Assembly (NCBI GenBank): GCA_046497465.1 | Contig: JAWOFO010000016.1 | Span: forward strand, 8,711 to 72,710 | Direction: 5' to 3' | Length of the DNA stretch: 64,000 nt | Origin: Desulfobia sp. | GTDB lineage: Bacteria; Desulfobacterota; Desulfobulbia; Desulfobulbales; SURF-16 | Shown here: positions 56,181 through 64,000 of the stretch, one piece after another | How the letters are laid out: each line of letters opens with the position of its first letter | Numbering within the stretch: the first letter of the stretch is position 1 | Notes under the pieces: generated by a model | What the model saw: the letters and a program-made list of their open reading frames with translations, nothing else | Told to the model about the DNA's origin: nothing | Database searches by the model: none | Translations under genes and position numbers: made by a program

Positions 56181-56616
56181 ACTTTCCAGCTTTTCCGACC
56201 TTGTCAAGGGTGCCGCGTGATGCCGGCCGGGCTATGCCCATCACATCAATGTCGGATGTCGATTCCTGCGGTAATAACCTGTAATAATTCCGATAAGGAA
56301 ATCCCGGCCAAGGCATGTCCCATTTCTTTACTGACCTCTGTTATTGAATGGCCGGCGGAAAGCCTTAAACCGAGTAAAAATGAGACGGTATAGCGAAGCC
56401 GGAAGAATCAACTTATGTTTTTTTAGGCAATCACGCGAGATTTTAAATGAATTATCATAACCGCAACTACCTTTGAGACGACCGGTCGAAAGAAACCATA
56501 CATTTTTTCCTGTTGCATATCGACCACCTGAGATCCTCCTCAAAAAATCTGATATAACCGGTTAATCTTTCAACCGGCATTTTTGTCCATATTTTTTTGA
56601 TCTCCTTTATTCCAGA

Positions 56617-57321
56617 ATGATTCCAGTATACGACGATAATCCCACTACCCTGAAGCCCGTGGTTACTGTGGTTATGATTGTCCTTTGCGCCCTGGCCTTC
56701 TTCTGGGAACTCAGCCTGCCGCTACAGGCCAAGCAGGAAATGATCTATGGTCTGGGAGTTATCCCGGCAGTCCTGATAGGAAATAAAGCGCTGCCACCGG
56801 AAATACAAACCGTACCCCCGGCCCTGACTGTCCTTACCTCAATGTTTCTTCACATCGGCCTGATGCACCTGATCGGCAACATGCTCTATCTCTGGATCTT
56901 CGGCAACAACGTGGAAGATGCCATGGGTCACGGCCGGTTTACAGTCTTTTACCTGTTATGCGGAATCGCCGCAGCACTGACCCAGACCCTGCTCCAGCCC
57001 TCCTCGGCCATTCCCATGATCGGGGCCAGCGGCGCCGTCTCCGGGGTTCTGGGTGCCTACCTACTGCTCTATCCTTTTGCCAGGGTTACAGTTATAATCC
57101 CCCTAGGCTTCTTCCTCCAAGCCTTTCAGCTCCCGGCCAGCATAGTTCTGGTTTTCTGGTTCCTAATCCAGCTCATCAGTTCAGGGCTGAACAGCTCCCA
57201 GGAAGGCGGGGTGGCCTTCTTCGCCCATATAGGAGGCTTTATCGCCGGCATGATCCTGATTCCGTTTTTCAAGCACCACAACATTTCCTTTTTTCAAAGC
57301 CGCCGAATAAAAAGAATCTAA
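56617..57321 (+). CDS. Rhomboid-family intramembrane serine protease
   Basis: HLIGNMLYLWIFG, GASGAVSGVLGAY (catalytic Ser) and AHIGGFIAG (catalytic His) are present, with six TM segments. Confidence 0.85.
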   Translation: MIPVYDDNPTTLKPVVTVVMIVLCALAFFWELSLPLQAKQEMIYGLGVIPAVLIGNKALPPEIQTVPPALTVLTSMFLHIGLMHLIGNMLYLWIFGNNVEDAMGHGRFTVFYLLCGIAAALTQTLLQPSSAIPMIGASGAVSGVLGAYLLLYPFARVTVIIPLGFFLQAFQLPASIVLVFWFLIQLISSGLNSSQEGGVAFFAHIGGFIAGMILIPFFKHHNISFFQSRRIKRI

Positions 57322-57554
57322 GATATTGTCCACCGCGATTCTGAATTAAAATGAAAAAGCGATCCCGAAACTGGACTGGGAATCACAGATAAGGCGTTAT
57401 CTGGAAACAGCCCGGGAGATCCTGGGCCGGAACTGGTTCCTTGGATTCTGGCCTCCGGAAATGGGCTTTAGCGTGGTTTGCTTACCACTGGAATATCCTG
57501 TCAGCCCGGCAGGAGTTCAACTTCCCTGATAAGGTGCCAACTCATAGTAGACTT

Positions 57555-57761
57555 CTATATTCCCCTGCCCATATGATGATACATACTGCCCATGAAACCT
57601 GTAGTAAAGCCGCCTAAAATAAGGGACATTACTCCCAGGAGTATCGAGAGAATAACAAGGGCCGGAATAGCAGCAATGGCCCACTTGATCATGAAGACGA
57701 CCATTGACATAAAAGGCATTCTGATATCGATCACTATTATTTCCCGGCGATTTTCTTCCAT
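57555..57761 (-). CDS. Small membrane protein (68 aa)
   Basis: A good SD (AAGGGGAG) lies 6-7 nt upstream. Two hydrophobic segments are present. No family was recognised. Confidence 0.5.
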   Translation of the reverse strand: MEENRREIIVIDIRMPFMSMVVFMIKWAIAAIPALVILSILLGVMSLILGGFTTGFMGSMYHHMGRGI

Positions 57762-57880
57762 AAGATTCTCCCCTTACTCTTACCTTGATATATTACCGAT
57801 ATAGTCAACCTTAAACTCTTGCTGACTCCCGCAACCGGTAGTTCCTGTTATCTTATCTTGACATGACATTAGATATCATC

Positions 57881-58039
57881 TCAACTTTCCGACTTGAGAA
57901 AACTATTATGATTTCAACAAGAACTACTAACAAACACTACACAATGTTCCTGAATAAACATACAAACCGTCAAGCACCCCTGCCTCACTAAAAAATTTGC
58001 ACGTTATATCATATAGATAAATCAATCCGGAAAGTTGAA
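57881..58039 (-). mobile_element. MITE-like element copy e (complete; TIRs and 8-bp TSD)
   Basis: The left end is TCAACTTTCCGACTTGA and the right end is TCAATCCGGAAAGTTGA(A). It is flanked by ATATCATC at 57873..57880 and 58040..58047. Confidence 0.8.
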
Positions 58040-58177
58040 ATATCATCTTATCGTAGCTACAGGTATTCTAAAATTTTAGAATACCCGACTTAGGAGGATT
58101 TTATCTTGATACTGGCTTGTGATATTACTTGGGTGAGTGGAATAATGGAAAACCGTGTTTGTAAATTGAACGGAAAA

Positions 58178-58549
58178 CTAGGCATTCTCAATAAACTGGA
58201 CCCCAACTTCATACTCATTTTCCATAGCCGTGGCAGTGGACCACATCACCCTGCCCTTTATCTGCACAGGCCCTTCATAATCACCTATATCAGGAAGATA
58301 ATTTTGACAATTCTCCTTGAACAAATCTCTGAGGTCCAACTCTATAGCAAGCACGCTATTCTTGGTGATCATTTCCATAGTAAGAAAACGAACTCCACCG
58401 GCACTTATATCAAGTATCAGGCCATTCTGCCACTCTTCCGCTTTAGAATATCCATCCCTTTCTGTAATAATTGCATATTGAAAAGGAATTTCTCTCATAA
58501 ATCTCTCATACTGCCTTCTGCCTCCGCCATTATCACCTGAAACAAACAT
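58178..58549 (-). CDS. PilZ-domain c-di-GMP receptor protein
   Basis: The RRQYERF (RxxxR) and LDISAGGVRF (DxSxxG) motifs are present in 123 aa. Confidence 0.75.
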   Translation of the reverse strand: MFVSGDNGGGRRQYERFMREIPFQYAIITERDGYSKAEEWQNGLILDISAGGVRFLTMEMITKNSVLAIELDLRDLFKENCQNYLPDIGDYEGPVQIKGRVMWSTATAMENEYEVGVQFIENA

Positions 58550-58565
58550 AAAAAATCCTTATTTA

Positions 58566-58716
58566 CTCAAATTTCCGACTTGAGAAAACTATTATGATTT
58601 CAGACGGTTGGTATAACTTTTCCGGAACGGCTTCTTGTTTGAGTGCTCTCAAGGCCCGCTTTCGGAAAAAATTTGCACGTTATATCATACCAGATAAATC
58701 AATCCGGAAAGTTGAA
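58566..58716 (-). mobile_element. MITE-like element copy f (complete; TIRs and 8-bp TSD), ending 17 nt upstream of the PilZ start codon
   Basis: The left end is CTCAAATTTCCGACTTGA and the right end is TCAATCCGGAAAGTTGAA. It is flanked by CTTATTTA at 58558..58565 and 58717..58724. Confidence 0.8.
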
Positions 58717-59042
58717 CTTATTTAAAATTTACTTTCAAATTCAGGTTGTAAAAAATTAAAGAATCAATCGTGCAACAAAGCCCTGCAACTAAAAATTCCG
58801 GGAGGAAACGGCCAAGAACCCCTCAGACAAAAAAACAAAAAACATTTAACTTTTTGTATTGCACCCTTATACTATTCTAATCTATTATAATATTGATCCG
58901 GAATAATAAAATATCATATGACAAGTTCATTAAAAACTCCGGCTGGCCAAAGCTAAAAACAATTCTCACAGGTACCGGTCAAACTGATCATCAAACGTAA
59001 AACGATCAACAAAAACTTGTCAAGCTGAAACTCCAGCATACC

Positions 59043-60566
59043 ATGACTGTTAAAATTTATCCCCTGTTTACTTTTTTTCTTGTCAGTATCCTGTTCCTGG
59101 TCTCTGTACAGGCCCAGGCAGAAAACAGGGAACAGGTCAGAAAACCGGCCTGGGCAGGTAAGTTTTACCCTGCTGATTCCCATGATTTGACCAAGACCAT
59201 AGAAAACTTGACCAACAGAGTCGGCAGGTCTGCCACCCACCTAACTAGAAATAAAAAACTTAAGGCCCTGATTATGCCCCATGCCGGATATATGTATTCC
59301 GGCCTTACCGCTGCCTATGCCTCTCTTGTCCTTACCCCCAATCAATACAAAAAAGTAATCCTGATCGGCCCTGATCACCACTTTGGTGTTGACTGCGGGG
59401 CAGTCAGTCTGAATCAGGCTTATCAAACACCCCTGGGAGAAGTGCCTGTTCATAGTGATGCCCGCAAACTTGTCTCCCAGTCCCCTCTTTTCCGGAAAGC
59501 CAGCCCGCGATTAAATCAAAGGGAACATTCCCTGGAAGTTGAGCTGCCTTTTCTTCAGCATTATCTGGGCTCTTTCGAACTGGTGCCTATTATCGTGGGA
59601 GCTGGAGATATCTCTCAGATGAGCAGGGCATTAAATAAAATTATCGATTCCAACACCCTGATCGTGGTAAGTTCTGATCTCTCCCATTACCTGGACTACA
59701 AGTCCGCCGTAGAAAAAGATAAGAAAACCATGGGTCATATACTGAACCTCGAAGGTAATAAGCTTGAACCAGGTCTGAACCAGGCCTGCGGCCTTTATCC
59801 TTTAAAACTGCTTATCGAAACCGCCCGGAACCTTAACTGGCAGTCACAGCTTATCCATTACTCCAACAGCGGTGATACTGCCGGCACTAAAGAAAGAGTA
59901 GTGGGTTATAGCCTTATCGCCTTTTATGGCCAGGATTATGGAAAAAAAGGAGAAGGAACAATGGAAAACAAACAAGAGACCGACGAATTGACAGAAAGCC
60001 AAGGAAAGATACTGCTAACCCTGGCCCGGCAGACGATTGATGAAAAAGCAGGACAGGAAGTATCAGGCCGGGAAAAAAACATGATTGAAAAAGCTTTAAA
60101 AAACAAGGCGTTTCAACAGGAAAAGGGGACCTTTGTTACTCTGACCAAGAGAGGTCGCCTCCGGGGTTGTATAGGGAATATTAATCCTAGAGGCAGTATC
60201 GCTGAAGGGGTTAGGCGGAATGCGGTTCAGGCCGCTTTCAGCGACCCACGATTTCCGCCCCTCCAACCAGAAGAATTGGAGGATATAGAAATTGAAGTAA
60301 GTATACTCACCGAACCCCGGCAGTTTGATTATCAAGATGAATCTGATCTTCTTGATAAACTCCGTCCCAATGTAGATGGCGTAATTATTCGTTCAGGCAT
60401 GACCAGCGCCACTTTCCTGCCCCAGGTCTGGGAAAAACTCCCCGAGCCAAAAGAATTCCTCGGCAATCTCTGCCTTAAAGCCGGTCTCCCTTCAGATTAC
60501 TGGCAGACGGGCAAACTGAAAGTTCAGACCTATCAGGTCCAGGATTTTTCCGAAGAATCAAGATAG
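59043..60566 (+). CDS. AmmeMemoRadiSam system fusion protein: MEMO1-like (protein B) + AMMECR1 (protein A), with N-terminal signal peptide
   Basis: Memo motifs are AGKFYP, MPHAGYMYSG, GPDHH, EHSLEVELPFLQ and SSDLSHY. The AMMECR1 motif is GRLRGCIGNI...FSDPRFPPL. The N-terminus MTVKIYPLFTFFLVSILFLVSVQAQA looks like a Sec signal. Confidence 0.85.
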   Translation: MTVKIYPLFTFFLVSILFLVSVQAQAENREQVRKPAWAGKFYPADSHDLTKTIENLTNRVGRSATHLTRNKKLKALIMPHAGYMYSGLTAAYASLVLTPNQYKKVILIGPDHHFGVDCGAVSLNQAYQTPLGEVPVHSDARKLVSQSPLFRKASPRLNQREHSLEVELPFLQHYLGSFELVPIIVGAGDISQMSRALNKIIDSNTLIVVSSDLSHYLDYKSAVEKDKKTMGHILNLEGNKLEPGLNQACGLYPLKLLIETARNLNWQSQLIHYSNSGDTAGTKERVVGYSLIAFYGQDYGKKGEGTMENKQETDELTESQGKILLTLARQTIDEKAGQEVSGREKNMIEKALKNKAFQQEKGTFVTLTKRGRLRGCIGNINPRGSIAEGVRRNAVQAAFSDPRFPPLQPEELEDIEIEVSILTEPRQFDYQDESDLLDKLRPNVDGVIIRSGMTSATFLPQVWEKLPEPKEFLGNLCLKAGLPSDYWQTGKLKVQTYQVQDFSEESR

Positions 60567-60603
60567 TAATTAAAAATTCTTTTTTCTTAATAACCTCCAG
60601 ATA

Positions 60604-62703
60604 ATGAAACACTCAAAAATTGCTTTAGTTGTTATAGCCACTGGCATTTCCTCAGTGGTGACGCAACTGGTGATGATCAGGGAATTCCTTGCCCAATTTG
60701 AAGGCAACGAATTCCTGATTGCCCTGATCCTTTTTTCCTGGCTCATTCTGGGAGGAGCAGGCACCTGGCTCGCACGTTTTTCCCTTAAATGGTCATCTCC
60801 GGCTGTCGGAAAACTGGCACTTTTTTCTACAATCTTAGTAGCCCTGGCACCTCTTCAAATAATGGCGCTCCGCCTGGGACGGGACCTGATTTTTACCGCC
60901 GGCGCCTCTATAGGTTTCTATCCTGCCTTTGAGGCCATAATTATGACTATTGGACCTTACAGTTTACTGGACGGTTTTTTACTGCCCTACAGTCTTTACA
61001 CCCTAAGACAATCAACACCAGATTATCCAGGAGGCCGGATATACCTGATGGACAATCTTGGAGATGTAAGCGGCGGGGCCTTGTTTTCATTCATTCTGGT
61101 TATCTTTACTACTCCTCTACAGGCCGTTTTCCTGGCCAATATCCCTCTTCTCATTTTTGGCTGTCTGCTTCTATCCCAAGAAAAGCGGTCAAAAATCCAT
61201 GGTCTGATGCTTTTTATGGCAGGTCTGTTGACCTTGACCGCTGGCTGCTGGTTTGAAAAACCATCTCTGGCACCACTAAGCGGCGAGCTCATTGATTACC
61301 GGGAATCCAGGTACGGCAGAATCAAAGTAGTCCGGAAACTGGGACAGTATACCCTGTGCATGGATGGGGCACCTTTATACAGCAACCAGGATCAGGCCCA
61401 GGCCGAAAAAAGCATCCATCTGCCCATGGCCCAGTCCAAACACCCGGAGAGAGTGCTTATTATCGGGGCCCAGGGTGGTATGCTGAAAGAAATAGACAAA
61501 TATAACCTGAAAAGGGTTGATTATCTGGAAATAGACGAAGAAATAACTGAAATTCAGTTTGATTACCATATTCTGACCATGATTGACGGTCTGAAAATAA
61601 TTCATCAGGACGGCAGAAAGTTTCTGGAAAAAACCGATAACCAGTACGATGCAATCATCATCAATATGCCTGAACCAGATACCTTCCAGAGGAACCGTTA
61701 TTTTACCAGGGAGTTTTTTAAACTTATCCGCAGTCATCTTGATCCAAAGGGAATTTTTTCCTTCTCAGTGAGTGGCTTTGATAATTTCCTCGGCCCTCCC
61801 CAGAGAAAAAAAATCTCCTCCTTATACAACTCAGTCCTGCCGGTCTTCCAAAACGTTCTGATCCTGCCCGGAGACAAGATCACTTTCCTCTGCAGCAGCA
61901 ACCCCCTTTCCCCGGATATCCCGCAACTGCTTGCAGAAAAAGGAATCAAAGCCCCCTTTTTAAGCGCCTATTTCCAGGGAAATATTACTAAAGAAAGAAT
62001 CCGGGAACTCCGGGGACTTGTTGTCTCTGAAGTACTGCCAAACTATGATATGCATCCCTATCTGATGAGGATCATGTTCAACCAGTGGTTCAACAAATTT
62101 AACACCAGCCCCACTCCCCTGTTCGGAGGCTTGGCTGTTATTGTCTTTATATACCTTGTCCGTTGCCGGCGGGAAGAAATAGTCCTATTTTCCACCGGCT
62201 TTCTTACCATGGGCTGTGAGATCATTGTCATCCTGGTTTATCAGATCTTGTTCGGCTATATCTATGAAGAGATAGGGCTGATAGTTACGGTTTTTCTTGC
62301 CGGACTCCTGCCAGGAGCCCGGCTGGGAATATACCTGGGGCAAAAGAAACAGGCCAGGCGCTATCTGCTGACTGGTGATGCCTGTCTCTCCCTGCTCCTT
62401 CTTATACTGCTCCTGCTGCTGGCTATTGCTTCCCGGGAGCTCAGCCCCTCTTTCTTTTTGATTTTCGGTTTCCTGGTCTCTCTGATCTGCGGCTGCCAGT
62501 TTCCTCTGGCCCTTAATCTGGGAGGAGAAGACAATAGCGCGGCAGCCCGCACCTTTTCCGCTGACCTAATCGGGGCAGCCTGCGGGACTCTGCTGACCAG
62601 TCTGGTATTAATTCCTTATCTGGGAGTGCTCTGGGGAATAAGCGGACTTGTCCTGATTAAACTTGCCGGGACATCGGCCCTTATGTTAAGTGAAGAAAAG
62701 TGA
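60604..62703 (+). CDS. Polytopic membrane protein with central spermidine-synthase-like (aminopropyltransferase fold) domain
   Basis: About 7 N-terminal and about 5 C-terminal TM segments flank VLIIGAQGGMLKEIDKY..VDYLEIDEEI...YDAIIINMPEP, a class-I SAM-dependent/SpeE-like region. Confidence 0.8.
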   Translation: MKHSKIALVVIATGISSVVTQLVMIREFLAQFEGNEFLIALILFSWLILGGAGTWLARFSLKWSSPAVGKLALFSTILVALAPLQIMALRLGRDLIFTAGASIGFYPAFEAIIMTIGPYSLLDGFLLPYSLYTLRQSTPDYPGGRIYLMDNLGDVSGGALFSFILVIFTTPLQAVFLANIPLLIFGCLLLSQEKRSKIHGLMLFMAGLLTLTAGCWFEKPSLAPLSGELIDYRESRYGRIKVVRKLGQYTLCMDGAPLYSNQDQAQAEKSIHLPMAQSKHPERVLIIGAQGGMLKEIDKYNLKRVDYLEIDEEITEIQFDYHILTMIDGLKIIHQDGRKFLEKTDNQYDAIIINMPEPDTFQRNRYFTREFFKLIRSHLDPKGIFSFSVSGFDNFLGPPQRKKISSLYNSVLPVFQNVLILPGDKITFLCSSNPLSPDIPQLLAEKGIKAPFLSAYFQGNITKERIRELRGLVVSEVLPNYDMHPYLMRIMFNQWFNKFNTSPTPLFGGLAVIVFIYLVRCRREEIVLFSTGFLTMGCEIIVILVYQILFGYIYEEIGLIVTVFLAGLLPGARLGIYLGQKKQARRYLLTGDACLSLLLLILLLLLAIASRELSPSFFLIFGFLVSLICGCQFPLALNLGGEDNSAAARTFSADLIGAACGTLLTSLVLIPYLGVLWGISGLVLIKLAGTSALMLSEEK

Positions 62704-62823
62704 AAAATAAAAATTCTCGTGACCCTCAGCTGTTTCGAGCTTATTTTATATAAAATTCCTGGTGCCCGGGCAAAGTGCCAGGGCAAAACAATCTAATAAG
62801 AACAGATCAGGTATTATAGTACT

Positions 62824-64000
62824 ATGGTAAAATTTAATCGCCGTCATTTTCTACAGTTTAGCGGAGCTGCCCTGCTCTATCCGATATCTGCCCGGGCTGA
62901 TCTCTGGCCCTTTGGTGAAAAAAGCCAAAACCACTCTGCTGGCAAGGACATCAGAGGGAGGATCTTCAAAAACGATGCCCCGAAAAAACCCGGGAAATTC
63001 AGTCATGAAGGATTCCTTTACAGTAAACTTGAAAACAACAGGGTCAAGTGCAATATCTGTCCCAACCAATGCCTGCTTGCCCCGGGAGACCGCAGTGTAT
63101 GCCGGTCAAAAGTCAATATAGACGGCACCCTCTACAGCCTGGCTTACGGTAATCCCTGCACCATGCATTTAGACCCGGTGGAAAAAAAACCACTCTTCCA
63201 CTTCAAACCGAAAACCACCACTTTTTCCATCGCCACCACCGGCTGCAATTTCCGCTGTCTCAACTGCCAAAACTGGGAAATATCCCAGGTCAAACCCCAT
63301 GAGGTACGCCATTATGAAATGTTTCCTCAAGAAGTTGTTGACAGGGCCCGGGAATCGGGAGCAGCCTCTATTGCCTATACATATTCCGAGGCTACCACTT
63401 TCTTTGAGTACATGATCGACATCGCCCGGCTGGCTCATGAAACAGGAATAAGCAATCTATGGATATCGAACGGTTATATAAATCAAAAGCCTCTGCTCAC
63501 ACTCTGTAAAGTTCTGGGAGCGGCCAATGTCAATCTCAAGGCCTACAGTGACTCTGTTTACCGTAAATTAAACGGAGGCCGACTTCAGCCGGTGTTGGAG
63601 ACCTTCAAAACCATGCATGACCAGGGAGTACATTTTGAAATAACCAATCTGCTGGTACCAGGTTATGTAGATAAGCCGGAGATGGCCAAACAGATGTGCG
63701 GCTGGATTCTGGAAAACTTAGGGCCCAATTATCCCCTGCATTTCCTGCGTTTTTTCCCGAAGTACAAACTGGACCGCCTACCCCCGACTCCGGTCTCAAC
63801 CCTTATCAAATTCAGGGAACTGGCTATGGCAGAAGGTATAAACTATGTTTACCTGGGCAACCTGCCGGGCCACGAAGGAAGCAACACTTACTGCCATAAC
63901 TGCAAAAAACTTCTTATTGAACGGCTGGGCTATAACATCCCTGTTTATAATCTCAAAAAGGGCCACTGTAAATTTTGTAATACCGCCATACCCGGAGTCT
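62824..64000 (+). CDS. AmmeMemoRadiSam system radical SAM enzyme with twin-arginine signal (3' end runs off the window)
   Basis: Absent from the ORF track because there is no stop in the window. Hand translation gives MVKFNRRHFLQFSGAALLYPISARA|DLW..., then CNICPNQC...CRSK, the radical SAM motif GCNFRCLNCQNWEIS, and a C-terminal CHNC...CKFC. Confidence 0.85.
   Translation, partial: MVKFNRRHFLQFSGAALLYPISARADLWPFGEKSQNHSAGKDIRGRIFKNDAPKKPGKFSHEGFLYSKLENNRVKCNICPNQCLLAPGDRSVCRSKVNIDGTLYSLAYGNPCTMHLDPVEKKPLFHFKPKTTTFSIATTGCNFRCLNCQNWEISQVKPHEVRHYEMFPQEVVDRARESGAASIAYTYSEATTFFEYMIDIARLAHETGISNLWISNGYINQKPLLTLCKVLGAANVNLKAYSDSVYRKLNGGRLQPVLETFKTMHDQGVHFEITNLLVPGYVDKPEMAKQMCGWILENLGPNYPLHFLRFFPKYKLDRLPPTPVSTLIKFRELAMAEGINYVYLGNLPGHEGSNTYCHNCKKLLIERLGYNIPVYNLKKGHCKFCNTAIPGV

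Noticed and set aside
56101-56316. A 71-aa minus-strand ORF overlapping tRNA-Cys
   Set aside because: Its C-terminal part is simply the reverse complement of the tRNA, so it is not credible as coding sequence.
57370-57530. A protein-like frame (LDWESQIRRYLETAREILGRNWFLGFWPPEMGFSVVCLPLEYPV) downstream of the rhomboid gene
   Set aside because: No start codon lies upstream of the protein-like part (an in-frame TAA is followed by no ATG, GTG or TTG in good context), and the frame is only ~55 codons. It may be a pseudogene tail, but this cannot be supported.
25743-58716. Whether the six repeated ~150-190-bp elements could be a CRISPR array or its remnants
   Set aside because: The copies are kilobases apart and occur in both orientations. 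They are much longer than CRISPR repeats and have no regular spacers. No cas genes are present in the window.

Overview
This 64 kb chromosomal window looks like an anaerobic, sulfate-reducer-like Desulfobacterota genome. That lineage call is an inference from gene content: desulfoferrodoxin plus rubredoxin, tetraheme cytochrome c3, multiheme cytochromes, MglA/MglB and YedF. Most of it is housekeeping. It includes a partial ComM/YifB gene, an RND efflux pair, NAD salvage (pncB, pncA), ligA-polX, trpEGDCF, rpsT, cdaA-cdaR-glmM, fadD-fadL, cmoAB, rnc, tRNA-Cys, htpX and a rhomboid protease. No rRNA genes or CRISPR arrays were seen.

The main unexplained signal is a dispersed MITE-like element of about 150-190 bp, present in six copies. 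It has terminal inverted repeats (TTCAACTTTCCGGATTGA) and 8-bp target-site duplications on the two best-preserved copies. One end carries an inward-facing extended -10-like box. An internal ~58-nt module occurs in both orientations relative to that end. One copy carries a decayed group II intron: the ribozyme ends are intact, but the RT/maturase ORF has internal deletions and a frameshift. One copy sits inside the trp operon, and two flank a PilZ gene.

Other items worth a second look:
- a bacterial eRF1/Pelota-like (baeRF) protein
- a MrfA-type helicase fused to a MrfB-type exonuclease
- an AmmeMemoRadiSam cluster whose parts carry Sec and Tat export signals, interrupted by a polytopic spermidine-synthase-like gene
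- a compact HGD-D/activase/Cys-peptide trio
- an mglBA operon extended by an acidic protein and a zinc ribbon
- an in-frame TGA in a PEBP gene
- an exact 14-bp palindrome upstream of two redox operons
- an IS-associated, decayed molybdoenzyme-type cluster

All protein-family calls come from motif recognition by eye. No database search was run.
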